A model generated the notes under the pieces. The model was not told the DNA's origin, searched no databases, and saw only the letters and a list, made by a program, of their open reading frames with translations. From the NCBI RefSeq assembly GCF_009914755.1, contig NC_060925.1: a DNA stretch of 64,000 bases; one strand, 5' to 3'. The position numbers and the translations under genes were made by a program. This document shows positions 61,636 to 64,000 of this stretch, piece by piece; within the stretch, counting starts at the first letter, position 1; each line of letters opens with the position of its first letter. The stretch is from the human T2T-CHM13v2.0 reference genome, Homo sapiens.

Positions 61636-64000
61636 CTTTAAGTTCTGGGATACATGTGTAGAATGTGCAGGTTTGTTACACATGTATCAGTCTGTGTCTT
61701 TTAACTGGGGCAATTAGCTCATTTACATTTAAGGTTAATATTGTTATGTGTGAATTTGATCCTGTCATCATGATGCTAGCTAGTTATTTTGCACATTAGT
61801 TGATGCAGTTGCTTCATAGTGTCGTTGGTCTTTATATTTTGGTATGTTTTTGCAGTAGCTGGTACCAGTTTTTCCTTTCCATATTTAGTCTTTCCTTCAG
61901 GAGCTCTTGTAAGGCAGGCCTGGTGTTGACAAAATCGCTCAACATTTGCTTGTCAGTAAAGGGTTTTATTTCTGCTTCCCTTATGAAGCTTAGATTGGCT
62001 GGATATGAAATTCTGGGTTGAAAATTCTTTAAGAATGTTGAATATTGGCCCCCTCTCTCTTCTGGCTTGTAGGGTTTCTGAAGAGATCCACTGTTAGTCT
62101 GATGTGCTTCCCTTTGTAGGTAACCTGACCCTTCTCTCTGGCTGCCCTTAACATTTTTTTCTTTATTTCAACCTTGGTGAATCTGATGATTATGTGTCTT
62201 GGGGTTGCTCTTCTTGAGGAGAATCTTAGTGGTGTTCTCTGTATTTCCTGAATTTGAATGTTGGCCTGTCTTGCTAGGTTGGGGAAGTTCTCCTGGATCA
62301 TATCCTGAAGTGTGTTTTCCAGCTTGGTTCCATTCTCCCCATCACTTTCAGGTACACCAATCAATCATAGGTTTGGTCTTTTCACATAGTCCCATATCTC
62401 TTGAAGGTTTTGTTCATTCCTTTTCATTCTTTTTTCTCTAATCTTGTCTTCATGCTTTATTTCATTCAGTTTATCTTCAATTTCTGATATCCTTCCTTCT
62501 GCTTGATCAATTTGGCTATTGATACTTGTGTATGCTTCACAAAGTTCTCATGCTGTGTTTTTCAGCTCCATTAGGTCATTTATGTTGTTCTCTAAACTAG
62601 TTATTCTAGTTAGCAGTTCCTGTAACTTTGTCAAGGTTCTTAGCTTCCTTGCATTGGGTTAGAACATGCTCCTTTAGCTCGGAGGAGTTTGTTATTACCC
62701 ACCTTCTGAAGCCTACTTCTGTCAATTCGTCAAACTCATTCTGTGTCCAGTTTTGTGTCCTTGCTGGCAAGGAGTTGTGATCCTTTGGAGGAGAAAAGGC
62801 ATTCTGGTTTTAGGAATTTTCAGCATTTTTGAGCTGATTTTTCCTCATCTTCATGGATTTATCTACCTTTGATCTTTGATGTTGAAGACCTTTGGATGGG
62901 GTTTTTGCACGGGCGTCCTTTTTGTTGACGTTAATGTTATTGCTTTCTGTTTGTTAGTTTTCCTTCTAACAGTCAAGCCCCTCTTCTGCAGGTCTGTTAG
63001 AGATTGCTGGAGGTCCACTACAGACACTGTTTGCCTGGATATCCCCAGCAGAGGCTACAGAACAGCAAAGATTCCTGCCTGCCCCTTCCTCTTGAAGGTT
63101 TGTTCCAGAGGGACACCTGCCAGATGCCAGCCAGAGCTCTCCTGTATGAGATATGTGTTGATCCCTGCTGGGAGGTGTCTCCAGTCAGGAGGCATGAGGG
63201 TCAGGGAACTACTTGAGGAGGCAGTCTGTCCCTTAGCAGAGCTCAAGTCCTATGCTGGGAGATCTGCTGCTCTCTTCAGAGCCAGCAGGCAGCAATGTTT
63301 AAGTCTGCTGAAGCTGCGCCCACAGCCGCCCCTTCACCCAGGTGCTCTGTCTCAGGGAGAAGGGAGTTTTATCTATAAGCCCCTGACTGGGTCTGCTGCC
63401 TTTCTTTCAGATATGCCCTGCCCAGTGAGGAGGAATGTAGAGAGGCAGTCTGGCCACAGCGGCTTTGCCATGCTGCAGTTAGTCTTGCCCAGTCCGAAAT
63501 TCCTGGCAGCTTTGTTTATACTGTGAGGGGAAAACCACCTATTCAAGCCTCAGTAATGGCAGGTGCCCTTCCCCCAATGAAGTCGTATCATCCAAGGTCG
63601 ACTTCAGACTGCTGTGCTGACAGCGAGAATTTCAAGCGAGTGGATCTTAGCTTGCTGGGCTCCATAGGGGTGCCACCAGTTGAGCAAGACCACTTGGCTC
63701 CCTGGCTTCAGTCCCCTTTCCAGGGGAGTGAACAGTTCTGTCTTGCTGGGGTTCCAGGTACCACTGGGGTATGGAAAAAAAATCTCCTGCAGCTAGCTCA
63801 GTGTCTGCCCAAACAGCCACCCAGTTTTGTGCTTGAAACCCAGGGCCCTAGCTGTACAGGCACCCGAGGGAATCTCCTGGTCTGTGGGATGTAGAAACTA
63901 TGGGAAAAGTGTAGTATCTGGGCCACAGAGCACAGTCCCTCATGACTTCCCTTGGCTAGGGGAGGAAGTTCTCCAGCCCCTTGTGCTTCCTGGGTGAGGC
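61630..64000 (-). mobile_element. L1PA (L1PA7-like): short 3' end joined to ORF2 start, ORF1 and 5' UTR
   Basis: ORF1 fragment 62029-62364 (IGVPESDGENGTKLENTLQD); 5' UTR-like sequence from ~62900 to the window end. Confidence 0.88.

Noticed and set aside
62876-63894. 216-aa and 123-aa plus-strand ORFs
   Set aside because: Antisense to the L1PA 5' UTR, starting at TTG/GTG; no evidence of coding function.

Overview
Hominid (most likely human) DNA from the 1q21 epidermal differentiation complex. Bases 1-17.8 kb hold the 5' part of HRNR (hornerin) on the minus strand: TATA box, non-coding exon 1, S100 exon 2 and a giant exon 3 that stays in frame off the left edge. This allele encodes at least 5,063 aa, against about 2,850 aa for the reference protein as I recall it. 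Its array is built from seven near-identical 1,410-bp units and three 708-bp half units in a higher-order pattern. The remaining ~46 kb is rich in transposons (L1, L2, Alu, SVA, MaLR/ERV LTRs, HERV-L, DNA transposons). It also contains the scattered remains of what looks like an extra, dead filaggrin/filaggrin-2-like S100-fused-type gene: an intact-looking promoter and exon 1 (~38.9-39.1 kb), a decayed repeat exon (~34.1-36.6 kb), an inverted 91-bp piece captured inside an L1 (33.4-33.5 kb), and possibly its C-terminal motif and 3' UTR (~23.3-23.9 kb). A 3.3-kb L1 3' transduction with twin-priming inversion is also visible. Repeat boundaries and subfamily names come from recognition by eye and are approximate.
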